Part shown: positions 48,790-57,840 of the stretch, in pieces
Layout: the number at the start of each line of letters is the position of its first letter
Position numbering within the stretch: position 1 is the first letter of the stretch
Source: an uncultured Candidatus Saccharibacteria bacterium
GTDB lineage: Bacteria; Patescibacteriota; Saccharimonadia; Saccharimonadales; JAGQNJ01
DNA length: 64,000 nucleotides
Assembly: GCA_964504275.1 (NCBI GenBank)
Contig: CAZDDV010000003.1
Coordinates: 8,690 to 72,689 of the forward strand
Direction of reading: 5' to 3'
Notes under the pieces: generated by a model
What the model was told of the DNA's origin: nothing
The model's database searches: none
What the model saw: the letters and a program-made list of their open reading frames with translations, nothing else
Made by a program: the position numbers and the translations under genes

Positions 48790-49507
48790 GCGCTAGAGGT
48801 CCGTCCTCTAACAGATGAGGTTTTGTTGGATTTTAGTAATCTGCTAGTTCGTATTTGATACGTGCGAGCATGTCTCTGTGATCTTCATAGTCATTCAAGA
48901 AGTGTCTGTACTCTTGGGAATCGCTAAATAAAGCAAGTATCCTGTCGGGGCGTATCCATTCAGCCTTGGCTTTGTCGATGTAATAGTTGAGGCTGGAGTA
49001 GGGATACAACTTCCAGTATTTGGGGTTGAGATGGATGTATCTTGTTATGTGTTGCAGATATTCATCTGTGTCGGTTCTTACGGCTTTGTAGCGGCTTTCA
49101 AATAGTGCGCCGGTTCGTTTGTATTTGATATTGAAGTATCGGCTATAGCTCGTCATGACTGAGCGCATAAATTTTGACATGGCTTGTTCGTGCTTTTGGT
49201 AAACGTAGAGATGGAAGTGATTCTTCATTAGACAATATGCTAATAGCTCCAAGTTTTCTTTGTAGTTAGGATAGGCAACACCAGCGCTAGATCGACAATT
49301 TTTTTGAGATAAATAACGTTTAAATAACGAGATAAAGTATGTATAATCTGCGTCTTCTAAGAAAATATCACCCTTGCTTGCTCCGCGTGCATACACATGA
49401 TAGTAACTTCCGGCCAGATCAATTTTTATCACATTTCGAGAAGGCATAGGACAACAATAACACAATACAACTTTACTCCATCTGTTAGAGGACGGACCTC
49501 TAGGCGC
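48790..49507. mobile_element. REPtron-like unit: Y1 (RayT/IS200-like) transposase gene flanked by 28-29-nt inverted REP-like repeats
   Basis: The left end is GCGCTAGAGGTCCGTCCTCTAACAGATG (48790-48817). The right end is CATCTGTTAGAGGACGGACCTCTAGGCGC (49479-49507). Each contains an AGAGG-TCCGT-CCTCT hairpin. Confidence 0.75.
48833..49447 (-). CDS. REP-associated tyrosine transposase (RayT) / IS200-like Y1 transposase family
   Basis: Contains YHVYARG, the HUH motif in NHFHLYVY, and the catalytic-Tyr region TRYIHLNPKYW. The start is placed at MPSRNV rather than the ORF-track ATG at 49465. Confidence 0.8.
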   Translation of the reverse strand: MPSRNVIKIDLAGSYYHVYARGASKGDIFLEDADYTYFISLFKRYLSQKNCRSSAGVAYPNYKENLELLAYCLMKNHFHLYVYQKHEQAMSKFMRSVMTSYSRYFNIKYKRTGALFESRYKAVRTDTDEYLQHITRYIHLNPKYWKLYPYSSLNYYIDKAKAEWIRPDRILALFSDSQEYRHFLNDYEDHRDMLARIKYELADY

Positions 49508-49587
49508 TCTAGGCGAAAAGTTCCAAAAATATCAACTAACTGGAGCCATAATTTACAAATGCTACTTTTTGTGGTATTATTTGTTTA

Positions 49588-50031
49588 ATCTCTCTCTCCG
49601 TTACTCATCTTACTGACCCAGGACGCATAGCCGATGCGCACTTTGTACGTGCTGAAGTTTTCCAGACAGAACAGGGGATTCCTGCATTAGATGACTTTGA
49701 TGATCTCGACAGCACTGCCGAACAGTTTGTTGCTTACGACGAAAAAGGATTCCCCGTTGGGACTGCTCGCTACCGCGCTCTCGAAGACGGAGCGGGCAAA
49801 GTAGAGCGCGTTGCCGTACTTTCGAGCCATCGAGGCAAAAAAGTTGGCGAGGCAATCATGAATGCAATTCATGAAACTGCAGCAGAACAAGGTCTAAACC
49901 AACTCGTACTCGACTCCCAACTAAGTGCTGCTGGTTTTTATGCAAGTCTAGGCTACGAGCAGCAAGACGACACATTTGACGAAGTCGGCATTACACACAT
50001 AAAGATGATCAAGCATTTAGCAACAAATTAA
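49588..50031 (+). CDS. GNAT acetyltransferase (ElaA/YjcF-like) with no canonical start codon; possibly 5-prime disrupted
   Basis: The frame is open from 49552 to the TAA at 50029-50031. It encodes ...VRAEVFQTEQGIP...RVAVLSSHRGKKVGEAIM...FYASLGYE. The first in-frame ATG, GTG or TTG is only 55 codons from the end, so the ORF track misses it. The 49588 ATC start is a guess. Confidence 0.55.
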   Translation: MSLSVTHLTDPGRIADAHFVRAEVFQTEQGIPALDDFDDLDSTAEQFVAYDEKGFPVGTARYRALEDGAGKVERVAVLSSHRGKKVGEAIMNAIHETAAEQGLNQLVLDSQLSAAGFYASLGYEQQDDTFDEVGITHIKMIKHLATN

Positions 50032-50036
50032 CCATT

Positions 50037-50552
50037 ATGCCTGAACTTCTTACTGACATGCATTTATCACGTACACAGGCTGCCGTCCTGGACGAGAAAA
50101 ACATACAACGGTTCACCGGCTTCATGCGTACCAAGTGCATTGAAGCATCTGGCAGTAAGGCGTGTGGTCTCGTAGTTGAGGTGACCCAGGCAGAACGCAC
50201 CGCTTGTGTGAGTTGTGTCAACTGTTCGGCACCAGCTGCCCAGTCGTTCGCCGCGGTTGAACTTCCTAGTTTGGCGAATGCTTTAATTTTAGATACTGAC
50301 CTTGTCCAAGATCCCGAGCCGAACGTGAACTTTTCTCACCTACGATTAGTTGAGGCACTTGATTCTATCATGGCCAACGAAAATACTGGTGTTATCATTT
50401 CTGGTCGCGCGGCAACTGTAGTTGAACCTATCGGATATGCTCACACATTATCAAATCGACAAGTTTTATTTCCTGTTACTAGCATCGAAGGTCAGGGTGG
50501 CGCTATTGAGCCTGGCGTGCCAGTGCTGATTGAGTTTCCTGAGCCTCGATAG
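50037..50552 (+). CDS. Hypothetical protein
   Basis: 171-aa ORF starting 5 nt after the GNAT stop. No family recognised. Confidence 0.5.
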   Translation: MPELLTDMHLSRTQAAVLDEKNIQRFTGFMRTKCIEASGSKACGLVVEVTQAERTACVSCVNCSAPAAQSFAAVELPSLANALILDTDLVQDPEPNVNFSHLRLVEALDSIMANENTGVIISGRAATVVEPIGYAHTLSNRQVLFPVTSIEGQGGAIEPGVPVLIEFPEPR

Positions 50553-50594
50553 CGTCGAAGCTAAAGCTCCGAAGTACATCAACTAGAGGAACCT

Positions 50595-50638
50595 AAACCA
50601 AGCAAAGAAAAGTACAGACCCAGCTTCTAGACCTGTAC
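50595..50638 (+). repeat. Copy 3 of the intergenic repeat family
   Basis: AAACCAAGCAAAGAAAAGTACAGACCCAGCTTCTAGACCTGTAC, with a GTACAG/CTGTAC stem. Confidence 0.7.
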
Positions 50639-50660
50639 CTGATTTATTCCAAGGAAAACA

Positions 50661-51359
50661 TCAGGAGCCTAATAGTCTGCGTTGCAGTGCAACGATTTTT
50701 GCTTGCGGGAACTTTAAATAATAATAGATATTAACGAGCACATATATGGTATGAAGGCGCCAATAGCCATATCGCCGATACTTGCGCGCAGACGTTACAA
50801 GGTACTGCGGCAAAACTATGAACTTAGAATGCCGCGTGATTCGATCAATAATTTCGCGGTCCTCCATAATTTGCATACTTTCGTTGAACTTTCCGGCTTT
50901 TATGAACTCGTTCCGACCAACAAAAAGACTTTGATCGCCAAAGCGAATAAATTTCCAGCTAAACTGCGTAAACCACGCTAAAAGTCTGAGAAGCGCGTGA
51001 TCACTATCAAAACGTAGACGAAAAGTACCAGCATGGTACCCGTTTTTATAGGCATCTATTATTTGCGCATCCCAACCTGCTGGCGGCAAACTATCGGCAT
51101 GCAAAAAGTACAGAATGTCACCAGTTGCCAATTTTTGACCGCCGTTTAATGCCACCGATCGCAGATTACCAACTTTTGCAACAAGCGCACCGGATTTTCT
51201 GGCTCTTTCTGTTGTAGCATCTGTGCCATTAACAGCCACGATAATTTGCATAACGGCATTTGTGCGAGCGGTGGATTTTATGCGTGCGATGACTTTTACT
51301 ATAGAGTCCTGCTCATTTTGGGCAGGAACTATAACGCTGATAGTCGGCCTATTACTCAT
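50661..51359 (-). CDS. Glycosyltransferase family 2
   Basis: 232 aa. The N-terminus ISVIVPAQNEQDSI and a later HADS-type region are typical of GT-A/GT2. Confidence 0.8.
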   Translation of the reverse strand: MSNRPTISVIVPAQNEQDSIVKVIARIKSTARTNAVMQIIVAVNGTDATTERARKSGALVAKVGNLRSVALNGGQKLATGDILYFLHADSLPPAGWDAQIIDAYKNGYHAGTFRLRFDSDHALLRLLAWFTQFSWKFIRFGDQSLFVGRNEFIKAGKFNESMQIMEDREIIDRITRHSKFIVLPQYLVTSARKYRRYGYWRLHTIYVLVNIYYYLKFPQAKIVALQRRLLGS

Positions 51360-51405
51360 TTATTATTCTACGGTTCGGGTGTAAAAATTCACGTTTTTAT
51401 ATGCA

Positions 51406-51846
51406 TTATTTTCTATAACGTTTCGTGACTTGCTCGATATCAACGTGGAACTTATCTACAGTAATAGCAGTGACAAAATATGTGGCAACGAGCAGTCCAA
51501 TTATGATTTTAAGTCCAACACTGGGTGCTATGTCGATCAAACTATAAAAGCCAAATAAAAGACCAGTGAATACCACAAAGAAAACGATAGATATTCCGTA
51601 CGACTTGGCCCTTGTATCGATATTTATGGATGATTCTTTGTGCGTCTTTTTATTAATATAGTCTGAGAGTCTGGCAACTTTTGCCCTCATTCCCATAACT
51701 TCAACAGCACTATGTATAAGTTCATTTGTGGCCAGTGCCAGCGCAAGATTTATGAGCGTTTGATCCACGAGGTTCTCCTTATTAGACTGGTATTTAACTC
51801 CAGTATAGCACCGCAGTGGAGAGCCGGGTGTTTGCGCTACTCGCAA
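51406..51846 (-). CDS. Hypothetical membrane protein
   Basis: 146 aa with two or three hydrophobic helices in the C-terminal half. Confidence 0.5.
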   Translation of the reverse strand: MRVAQTPGSPLRCYTGVKYQSNKENLVDQTLINLALALATNELIHSAVEVMGMRAKVARLSDYINKKTHKESSINIDTRAKSYGISIVFFVVFTGLLFGFYSLIDIAPSVGLKIIIGLLVATYFVTAITVDKFHVDIEQVTKRYRK

Positions 51847-51900
51847 GTAAACTTTTTGTTTATCGCGAAAAAAAACAAGTAAGACGACTGTGCGAGTGGA

Positions 51901-52209
51901 TTATTTTTTGGATTTTTTGCCGAGAAGAAACTTTTGGGTGGCGTTCATGGGTTTATCAGAGCGATGAATGCAGCCTATCCAGCAACAGGGGCGGCGTTTG
52001 CCCTCGGCCAATTCTTCGATCGCACGCGTAACGTGCTCGTCTCGGGTTTTCTGCTGCTTGACGGTTACCGTCCAGCACACCCATTCGTTACGCGCGAACG
52101 GAGTGATCTTTTCCCACGCGGCCAGAGATTTCGGATTGGAAAGTAGTGCCTTCCTAAGATCAGCTGGCATTTTGTGTGCGGCTGTGTCAGCCATAGCTTC
52201 AATGTTCAT
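51901..52209 (-). CDS. YdeI/OmpD-associated family protein
   Basis: 102 aa. PADLRKALLSNPKSLAAWEKITPFARNEWVCWTVTVKQQKTRDEHVTRAIEEL matches that family's pattern. Confidence 0.7.
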   Translation of the reverse strand: MNIEAMADTAAHKMPADLRKALLSNPKSLAAWEKITPFARNEWVCWTVTVKQQKTRDEHVTRAIEELAEGKRRPCCWIGCIHRSDKPMNATQKFLLGKKSKK

Positions 52210-52285
52210 GCATACAATATTACCGCGAGAAGCATGTTTCTGCCAAAACTACGCAACTGCCGAAGATAGCTGCTATTATATAAGT

Positions 52286-52750
52286 ATGAAACTGCTTAAG
52301 CTTTTCGCGTCGCTCATACTTTCGTTTTCGGCAGCAGCAATTGGTGGTATCGCAACGTCGGCAAATATTCCAACTTGGTATGCGGTGCTCGAAAAGCCAT
52401 TTTTTAACCCGCCAAATTGGATTTTTGGACCTGTCTGGACAGTTCTGTACTTTTTGATTGGCATCAGTTTATACCTAATCTGGACAGCAAAAACAAAAAA
52501 ATCAAAAACCAATGCCTACATTTTGTGGGGCGCGCAAATCGTGCTTAACACACTCTGGAGTCTGGTATTTTTTGGCCTGCACCAACTGTGGCTTGGCCTA
52601 GCTGTGATCGTTCTTTTGGATGTTTGTGTCGTCGCAACAATTCTGCACTTTTATAAAATTAACAAAACAGCCGCAAAACTATTGTTTCCGTACATGGTGT
52701 GGATCTCATTCGCAACACTCCTAAACCTGGCAATCGCAGTTTTGAACTAA
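52286..52750 (+). CDS. tspO: TspO/MBR tryptophan-rich sensory protein
   Basis: Contains WYAVLEKPFFNPPNWIFGPVWTVLY and five transmembrane helices. The ORF-track start at 51968 gives a 106-aa extension antisense to the YdeI-like gene, so it was trimmed to MKLLKLF. Confidence 0.9.
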   Translation: MKLLKLFASLILSFSAAAIGGIATSANIPTWYAVLEKPFFNPPNWIFGPVWTVLYFLIGISLYLIWTAKTKKSKTNAYILWGAQIVLNTLWSLVFFGLHQLWLGLAVIVLLDVCVVATILHFYKINKTAAKLLFPYMVWISFATLLNLAIAVLN

Positions 52751-52968
52751 CGACAAATCCAACGGTGTATTCTTATCATTGTCGTTTGACAGTAAAGAAG
52801 AAGTGCAAAAATTCGCCGAGACCGCAAAAGCAAACGGCGGGGACTTCTTCGAAGGCGATTACCCCGTATCAGAAGATATGATGTTCGGCTACGAAGTGCT
52901 GAATCTAGACGGCACCAGTGGGAACCATTCTGGATGAACCCAGATTATAGCCCCAGATCCTAGGTATC

Positions 52969-54501
52969 TTAATTGTCCAGTGATTTTCGACGCTGCTTGC
53001 TGTGCTGCGTCGTTGCAGATAATTTCCAAAGTGCGTAGCCTTCGATAGCCAAACCTGCGATTAGGGCGCAAACGAGAATCGGCAGCACTGCTGCTGGAAA
53101 GCCATTTTTTTGTACAATCCCAAAACTCAACACTTGCCAGTAACTTGCCTCCGCGACACCGCCTCGTACCACCAAAAAATTAATTACAACAGCATAATAT
53201 GATAGCCAACCGAGTGTAGCCATTACAATAACAGGGATTCCACGCAGTTTTCTAAAGTACAATGCGCCGACAGCCAAAAACAAGCTGAACGACAGCCATG
53301 CGGGCAATAAATAACGGCGATTCAGACCGCCATAACCAACTGCATAACTAATTTGCTGGCCGTAGACTAAGACAAATTGCAAGAGCAGCAGACCGGCAGC
53401 AATCCAGGTTATCGCCGATGTAGATTTTTTGGAACGCCACAATTGTAGCCCGACGCCCAGTGACACGAAGACAAGCACCAATACCGACGCCCAATAATTA
53501 ATTGGCCAGCCACGAACTTTGGGCATTAATTTCCAATCGCGGCCATAAAACTTCACGGTAACCATATCCCAAGTGGCTCGAGATTGCAGCACTTCTGGCA
53601 AAGTCTTATATTTTAAGTTCAAAGCCTGGCTGGCAGAACCTCGCGGCCTGGACCGAAACGGCGAGCCACTCAACTGGTAATTATGCACATAAAACCAGCC
53701 GATACCGACTGCGATAACAGCTACAAATATGACACAAACACCGCTAGCGACTATAAATCGTTTAAACCGGCTGCCGCGACCATGCAACTGAGCGGCAATC
53801 ACGACGGCCAAAAATACAATCAACAGCGCACTTACAAACGAAGATTTTGTAGCCATTCCGCCCAAACAAACTGCCGCCAATGCCGCTACATATTGCCTGG
53901 TGAGTCCGTGTTGCAATATTCGTACCGAAAGCACTAATGCCAAGGTTGCAAACAAAGTAAGCAAAGCGTCGTTCATGATGTCGCCCGCTACATTAAACGT
54001 CAACAAAGCCGTTCCGAGCGCTGGTGTCGCGATCGCAAAGAGTGCTCGCCGTTTACCTCCAATAACCCAACCGCCCCAGGCAAATGCCAAAATACACAAC
54101 ACGCCAATCAAGATGTTTATTCCGCGGGCCACCGCCACCGCTGAAGCCCAATGTCCTGTGTCCAAAAGTGGCGTAACAATTGGCGCCAACAACGCGTAAT
54201 ACAGCGGGGGATGGTGCGAAACAAACTGAATTTTTGACTTATAACCGTTCAGTGGTGCCTGCGTTCCTTCAAAAAACGACGGAATTTGACCGTGCCCAAT
54301 CTGCCACGCATAATCTAGATTCTGCGGCGAATCAGCTGTACCGCTCCACGGAATCCCAGCCGCAAAAATGCCCATGCCAAACACAAACGCAATTATTACG
54401 CCGCCAACCCCCAAAACCGTCAGCTTTTTCTCGGGTGTTGAAAGAAAAAGTCGGCGCAACGAACGCTGTTGCGCACGAAAAAATACTTTCAATCTATGCA
54501 T
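52969..54501 (-). CDS. GT-C type membrane glycosyltransferase (family 39 / ArnT/PMT-like)
   Basis: 510 aa with more than 10 transmembrane helices and an overall ArnT/PMT_2-like topology. Assigned from architecture rather than a strict motif. Confidence 0.6.
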   Translation of the reverse strand: MHRLKVFFRAQQRSLRRLFLSTPEKKLTVLGVGGVIIAFVFGMGIFAAGIPWSGTADSPQNLDYAWQIGHGQIPSFFEGTQAPLNGYKSKIQFVSHHPPLYYALLAPIVTPLLDTGHWASAVAVARGINILIGVLCILAFAWGGWVIGGKRRALFAIATPALGTALLTFNVAGDIMNDALLTLFATLALVLSVRILQHGLTRQYVAALAAVCLGGMATKSSFVSALLIVFLAVVIAAQLHGRGSRFKRFIVASGVCVIFVAVIAVGIGWFYVHNYQLSGSPFRSRPRGSASQALNLKYKTLPEVLQSRATWDMVTVKFYGRDWKLMPKVRGWPINYWASVLVLVFVSLGVGLQLWRSKKSTSAITWIAAGLLLLQFVLVYGQQISYAVGYGGLNRRYLLPAWLSFSLFLAVGALYFRKLRGIPVIVMATLGWLSYYAVVINFLVVRGGVAEASYWQVLSFGIVQKNGFPAAVLPILVCALIAGLAIEGYALWKLSATTQHSKQRRKSLDN

Positions 54502-54525
54502 ACTTAAACTATACCACGCAGGCTT

Positions 54526-54966
54526 TTACTTGAGGCGGATCAGTTCGCCTTTACGCTTGACGATGTTTTTGTAGTCCCATTGGATTTTTTGGGCTTTTTC
54601 GCACCAGCGTTTTATGTCATCGGGATTAATTTGATCAGGTGAAGTATAGCGCGCTTCGGCAGCTTTGAATTTTCCCTCGGGCTGCAAATCTGGCTCGTCA
54701 AACGATTGACCGCTCCAAAACAACAATTGCACATGGTTTTTGCGCACCCAATAGCCCACCAGCGGATTTCCGTCATCAAACCACACTGGCGCACCGTGCC
54801 AAATTTTGCTTTCTAGCTTTGGCATTACCGCATCGATTTCTTGCGCCAACAACTCACAAATCGCTTGTTCATTTGCCGCCTGTTGCGTGTTGTAATGGGC
54901 GATATCGGTGTGTGCTGCTTTTTTGGGCAGTCCTACATTCCCATGATCAAACGAGTCTTGTTTCAT
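54526..54966 (-). CDS. DUF1801 (YdhG-like) domain protein
   Basis: Contains KIWHGAPVWFDDGNPLVGYWVRKNHVQLLFWSG. The start is placed at MKQDSF (54966), not the ORF-track start at 55011. Confidence 0.65.
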   Translation of the reverse strand: MKQDSFDHGNVGLPKKAAHTDIAHYNTQQAANEQAICELLAQEIDAVMPKLESKIWHGAPVWFDDGNPLVGYWVRKNHVQLLFWSGQSFDEPDLQPEGKFKAAEARYTSPDQINPDDIKRWCEKAQKIQWDYKNIVKRKGELIRLK

Positions 54967-55085
54967 ATCATAAGTATACAATACGATTAAAAAGCACCAC
55001 CGAAGAACCATCGCGACAATCCGCCAATGCTTGCATATATCATATTGTAGGGCTTAAATACGTATAGGAAAGCATTATAAAAACT

Positions 55086-55580
55086 ATGACAACATCATCT
55101 ATTGATCAAACCAGACGAAACGCCCAACTGCGAGCTTTACAACGACGCAAACAATCTGGTCTGCTCGAAATATTTGGCGAAGCACAGCATGCGCTAGAAG
55201 AGATCAGGCGTGCATCAGAACCGTTATTCCGTGCTGCTAAGACAATCGCTCGAACCATAAATGATGCGTCCTCGGACAGCGAGATTGTTTTTGTAGTAAA
55301 CAAAGTAGAGGGTAATAAAACACAACTAGAACAACAAATTGCACATTTTATAGGCACGATTGGGGTAACTGAAGTGGTCAACGGCGTTACATTTACAAGT
55401 GTCAAACGACAAGCGATCACAAACGTCAGCGTGGTTGACGGCGCGCCAAACACAGCTTTGCAGTTTCACCTACACAATGAAAATCCCGCAGATCCTAGAC
55501 CCGGATACCAAGAGCACGTACTTCACGTTCCGCTCAATAACCCCGATATTGTCGTCGTTACCCATCTCGCAACCTCATAA
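55086..55580 (+). CDS. Hypothetical protein
   Basis: 164-aa ORF with no recognised family. Confidence 0.5.
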   Translation: MTTSSIDQTRRNAQLRALQRRKQSGLLEIFGEAQHALEEIRRASEPLFRAAKTIARTINDASSDSEIVFVVNKVEGNKTQLEQQIAHFIGTIGVTEVVNGVTFTSVKRQAITNVSVVDGAPNTALQFHLHNENPADPRPGYQEHVLHVPLNNPDIVVVTHLATS

Positions 55581-55685
55581 GATCTCAGGCGGCCAAATGT
55601 AGTAATTTGCACAAAATTTATTGCGTTTGTGGTTTTAGAGCGTATAGTTCACGGCAATCACCCGGACAGAAAAGGAGAAAACCAT

Positions 55686-56654
55686 ATGCACACCAAGTCT
55701 ATGGCTTTTTTTAATACCAACATTAATCGCTTGCTTGTCGCCAGTGGGGGAGTAATCGCAGTTGCGCTACTTTTGATTGCAAATCCGGCTGCCGCGGCGG
55801 AGCCAGGATCGCTCATAATCACCGAGTTTATGGCAAATCCGGCAGTCGTAACAGATGCAAACGGCGAATGGGTGGAAATCAAAAACCCAGGCGATCAAAC
55901 CATCGACATAACCGGTTGGGATATCGACGGTAGTACAATTAACACAACCGGCGAACCGCTCACGATCGCACCGCGTACATTCGCCGTTATTTGTAAAAAT
56001 GCAAATATAGCCCAGAACGACGGAGTTATTTGCGACGGTACAAGCAATTTTTCGCTTGGAAATGTTAGCGATACTATTTCGCTACGAGACGAAGATAACC
56101 TTGTGATTGCATCGGTCGTCTACGGCGAAGGTGTAGCACAAAATGGTCGTTCGACGCACGCTTCTAGCTTGTTGCCGGAAACAACGCACAAATACAGCGT
56201 CAACAACTTCGGCAAGCCGGCCCATAATTCACTAACTCCGCCGGAGGCAAACGGCGAAATTCGCGTACACCACTCTATAGACCAAAACCGCAATAACTTT
56301 CCATTCGACAGTGCCGGCGAAGAGCACTATAAAGGCCGCACAATTCGACTATACAATCGTTTTAACAGCGGCTGGACCTACGTAAGCGAAGTAATGACTA
56401 ATGGAAAATACTACGCAGCGACAGCAAAGTTCATTGTTGCGCCAGGCAAATATGCTGCTTGCGAAGTCAGCGAGCCGGGATATACCCAATCGTATGTTCG
56501 GACAATTCTTGGGTGGTACAATGCGCCAGAAACTGGCATCACCAATCTGTCAGGTGAAGCGGACGAATACGAAAAATGCATGCCCCTCAGCGTACAAGCA
56601 AAAACCGTCACGGGTGGAGTATTCGGAGACATGGTCACAAATCCATCACTGTAA
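55686..56654 (+). CDS. Secreted lamin-tail-domain (LTD) protein
   Basis: AAAGGAGAAAA lies upstream of the ATG at 55686. There is a signal-like helix ending in AAAAEP. The LTD signature is LIITEFMANPAVVTDANGEWVEIKNPGDQTIDITGW. Confidence 0.75.
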   Translation: MHTKSMAFFNTNINRLLVASGGVIAVALLLIANPAAAAEPGSLIITEFMANPAVVTDANGEWVEIKNPGDQTIDITGWDIDGSTINTTGEPLTIAPRTFAVICKNANIAQNDGVICDGTSNFSLGNVSDTISLRDEDNLVIASVVYGEGVAQNGRSTHASSLLPETTHKYSVNNFGKPAHNSLTPPEANGEIRVHHSIDQNRNNFPFDSAGEEHYKGRTIRLYNRFNSGWTYVSEVMTNGKYYAATAKFIVAPGKYAACEVSEPGYTQSYVRTILGWYNAPETGITNLSGEADEYEKCMPLSVQAKTVTGGVFGDMVTNPSL

Positions 56655-56761
56655 CCAACACAACGAATGTGCAAAAAAGAGAGGGCAAAACTAGCCCTCT
56701 CTTGGCACACGAACTGCGAAACAGCCCGCCTTGGCTTAAAAGAATACACGCCCAACGCTGG

Positions 56762-56932
56762 CTACCGAGAGCCGCCCTTTTTGCCGGCTAGTTTTGCCCG
56801 CGTTGGATTGTGCTTAAAATTACCGCCACTGGCTTTTCCGCCTTTACTAGCTATTGCTCGTTGTTTTTCTTTACTCATCGACGCAAACCCACGCTTACTT
56901 GTGCCTGTTGCTCCTGAAACTGTTTTAACCAT
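56762..56932 (-). CDS. KGG-repeat general stress protein (YciG/GsiB-like), not in the ORF track
   Basis: AGGAGG lies 5 nt before the ATG. Translation is MVKTVSGATGTSKRGFASMSKEKQRAIASKGGKASGGNFKHNPTRAKLAGKKGGSR. It replaces the antisense 129-aa track ORF at 56667-57056. Confidence 0.75.
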   Translation of the reverse strand: MVKTVSGATGTSKRGFASMSKEKQRAIASKGGKASGGNFKHNPTRAKLAGKKGGSR

Positions 56933-57065
56933 GATTACCTCCTGTGTCTTTGCAGCGTTCTTAGCTTATATCGGGCGTAGGCAAACGGACTATGAGAATT
57001 CTAACAACGAGTACAAAAGCCCAGTGAGCTTTATAGTTGCGACGCAACATGCTTAACTATTCCGT

Positions 57066-57734
57066 ATGGATGCGCACACACCGACCCCAAAACTTACAAA
57101 ACTAATCCGTGGCGGAATGCGCCAAACGTACAAACGCGAAGAACCAATATTTGACACCGGTAATATGGACGGAATCTACCAGGTAGCATCAGGGTTCGTC
57201 AAGCGGTTCGAAATCATGAACAACGGCGCCATTAATGTGCAGGGGATCTACGGCCGCGGTGATGTTTTTTCGCTCACCTACGTTTTTAAACTCATGCAGC
57301 ATCGCAAAATATACAATGGACCCGAGACATATTATTATGAGGCGCTGGGATCGACCACAGTCTATAAATTACTCGGAACAGATTTAAAAGCCGCTCTCGA
57401 AAAAGATCCATTACTGTATCGTGATCTGTTTTCTATTGCAGGTGATCACTTTTCGTCCGATATTTATTTGCTAGAAAACCAAAGCCTTCCAACCGCCGAA
57501 AAACGGGTTGCACACTTATTGTCGTTCTATATTGAATGTTACGGTAAACAGCGTAGAGACGGCATTCATCTGATCGCACCGCTGACGCAACAAGATGTTG
57601 CAGATATCTTGAGCTTAACGAGAGAAACGGTCTCGCTAGCAATCTCTAGCCTGCGTGAAAATGGACTTTTGGCTAATTCACGCAAAATTATTGTACCCGA
57701 CAAACAGAAACTCTCCGCGGCTGCTTACGAGTAG
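57066..57734 (+). CDS. Crp/Fnr family transcriptional regulator
   Basis: 222 aa with an N-terminal cNMP-binding-like beta-roll and a C-terminal HTH, TQQDVADILSLTRETVSLAISSLRENGLL. Confidence 0.85.
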   Translation: MDAHTPTPKLTKLIRGGMRQTYKREEPIFDTGNMDGIYQVASGFVKRFEIMNNGAINVQGIYGRGDVFSLTYVFKLMQHRKIYNGPETYYYEALGSTTVYKLLGTDLKAALEKDPLLYRDLFSIAGDHFSSDIYLLENQSLPTAEKRVAHLLSFYIECYGKQRRDGIHLIAPLTQQDVADILSLTRETVSLAISSLRENGLLANSRKIIVPDKQKLSAAAYE

Positions 57735-57840
57735 TCACGCGGTAACCCCGGCCGTGAAACGTAAAATATCTAACATACAGCGCGCTGGCTTCAGGTTAGG
57801 ATGGAGTTACCATCACTAATTCAAAGGAGGTATGGCATAC

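Noticed and set aside
51968-52285. The 106-aa N-terminal extension of the TspO ORF given in the track.
   Set aside because: The extension is antisense to the well-supported YdeI-like gene and has an Arg/Cys/Ser-rich nonsense-like composition. The TspO homology starts at MKLLKLF (52286).
56667-57056. The 129-aa plus-strand ORF in the track.
   Set aside because: The opposite strand encodes a KGG-repeat stress protein with a perfect Shine-Dalgarno and a recognisable family motif. The plus-strand translation is low-complexity (Leu/Pro/Ala-rich) and starts without any ribosome-binding signal.
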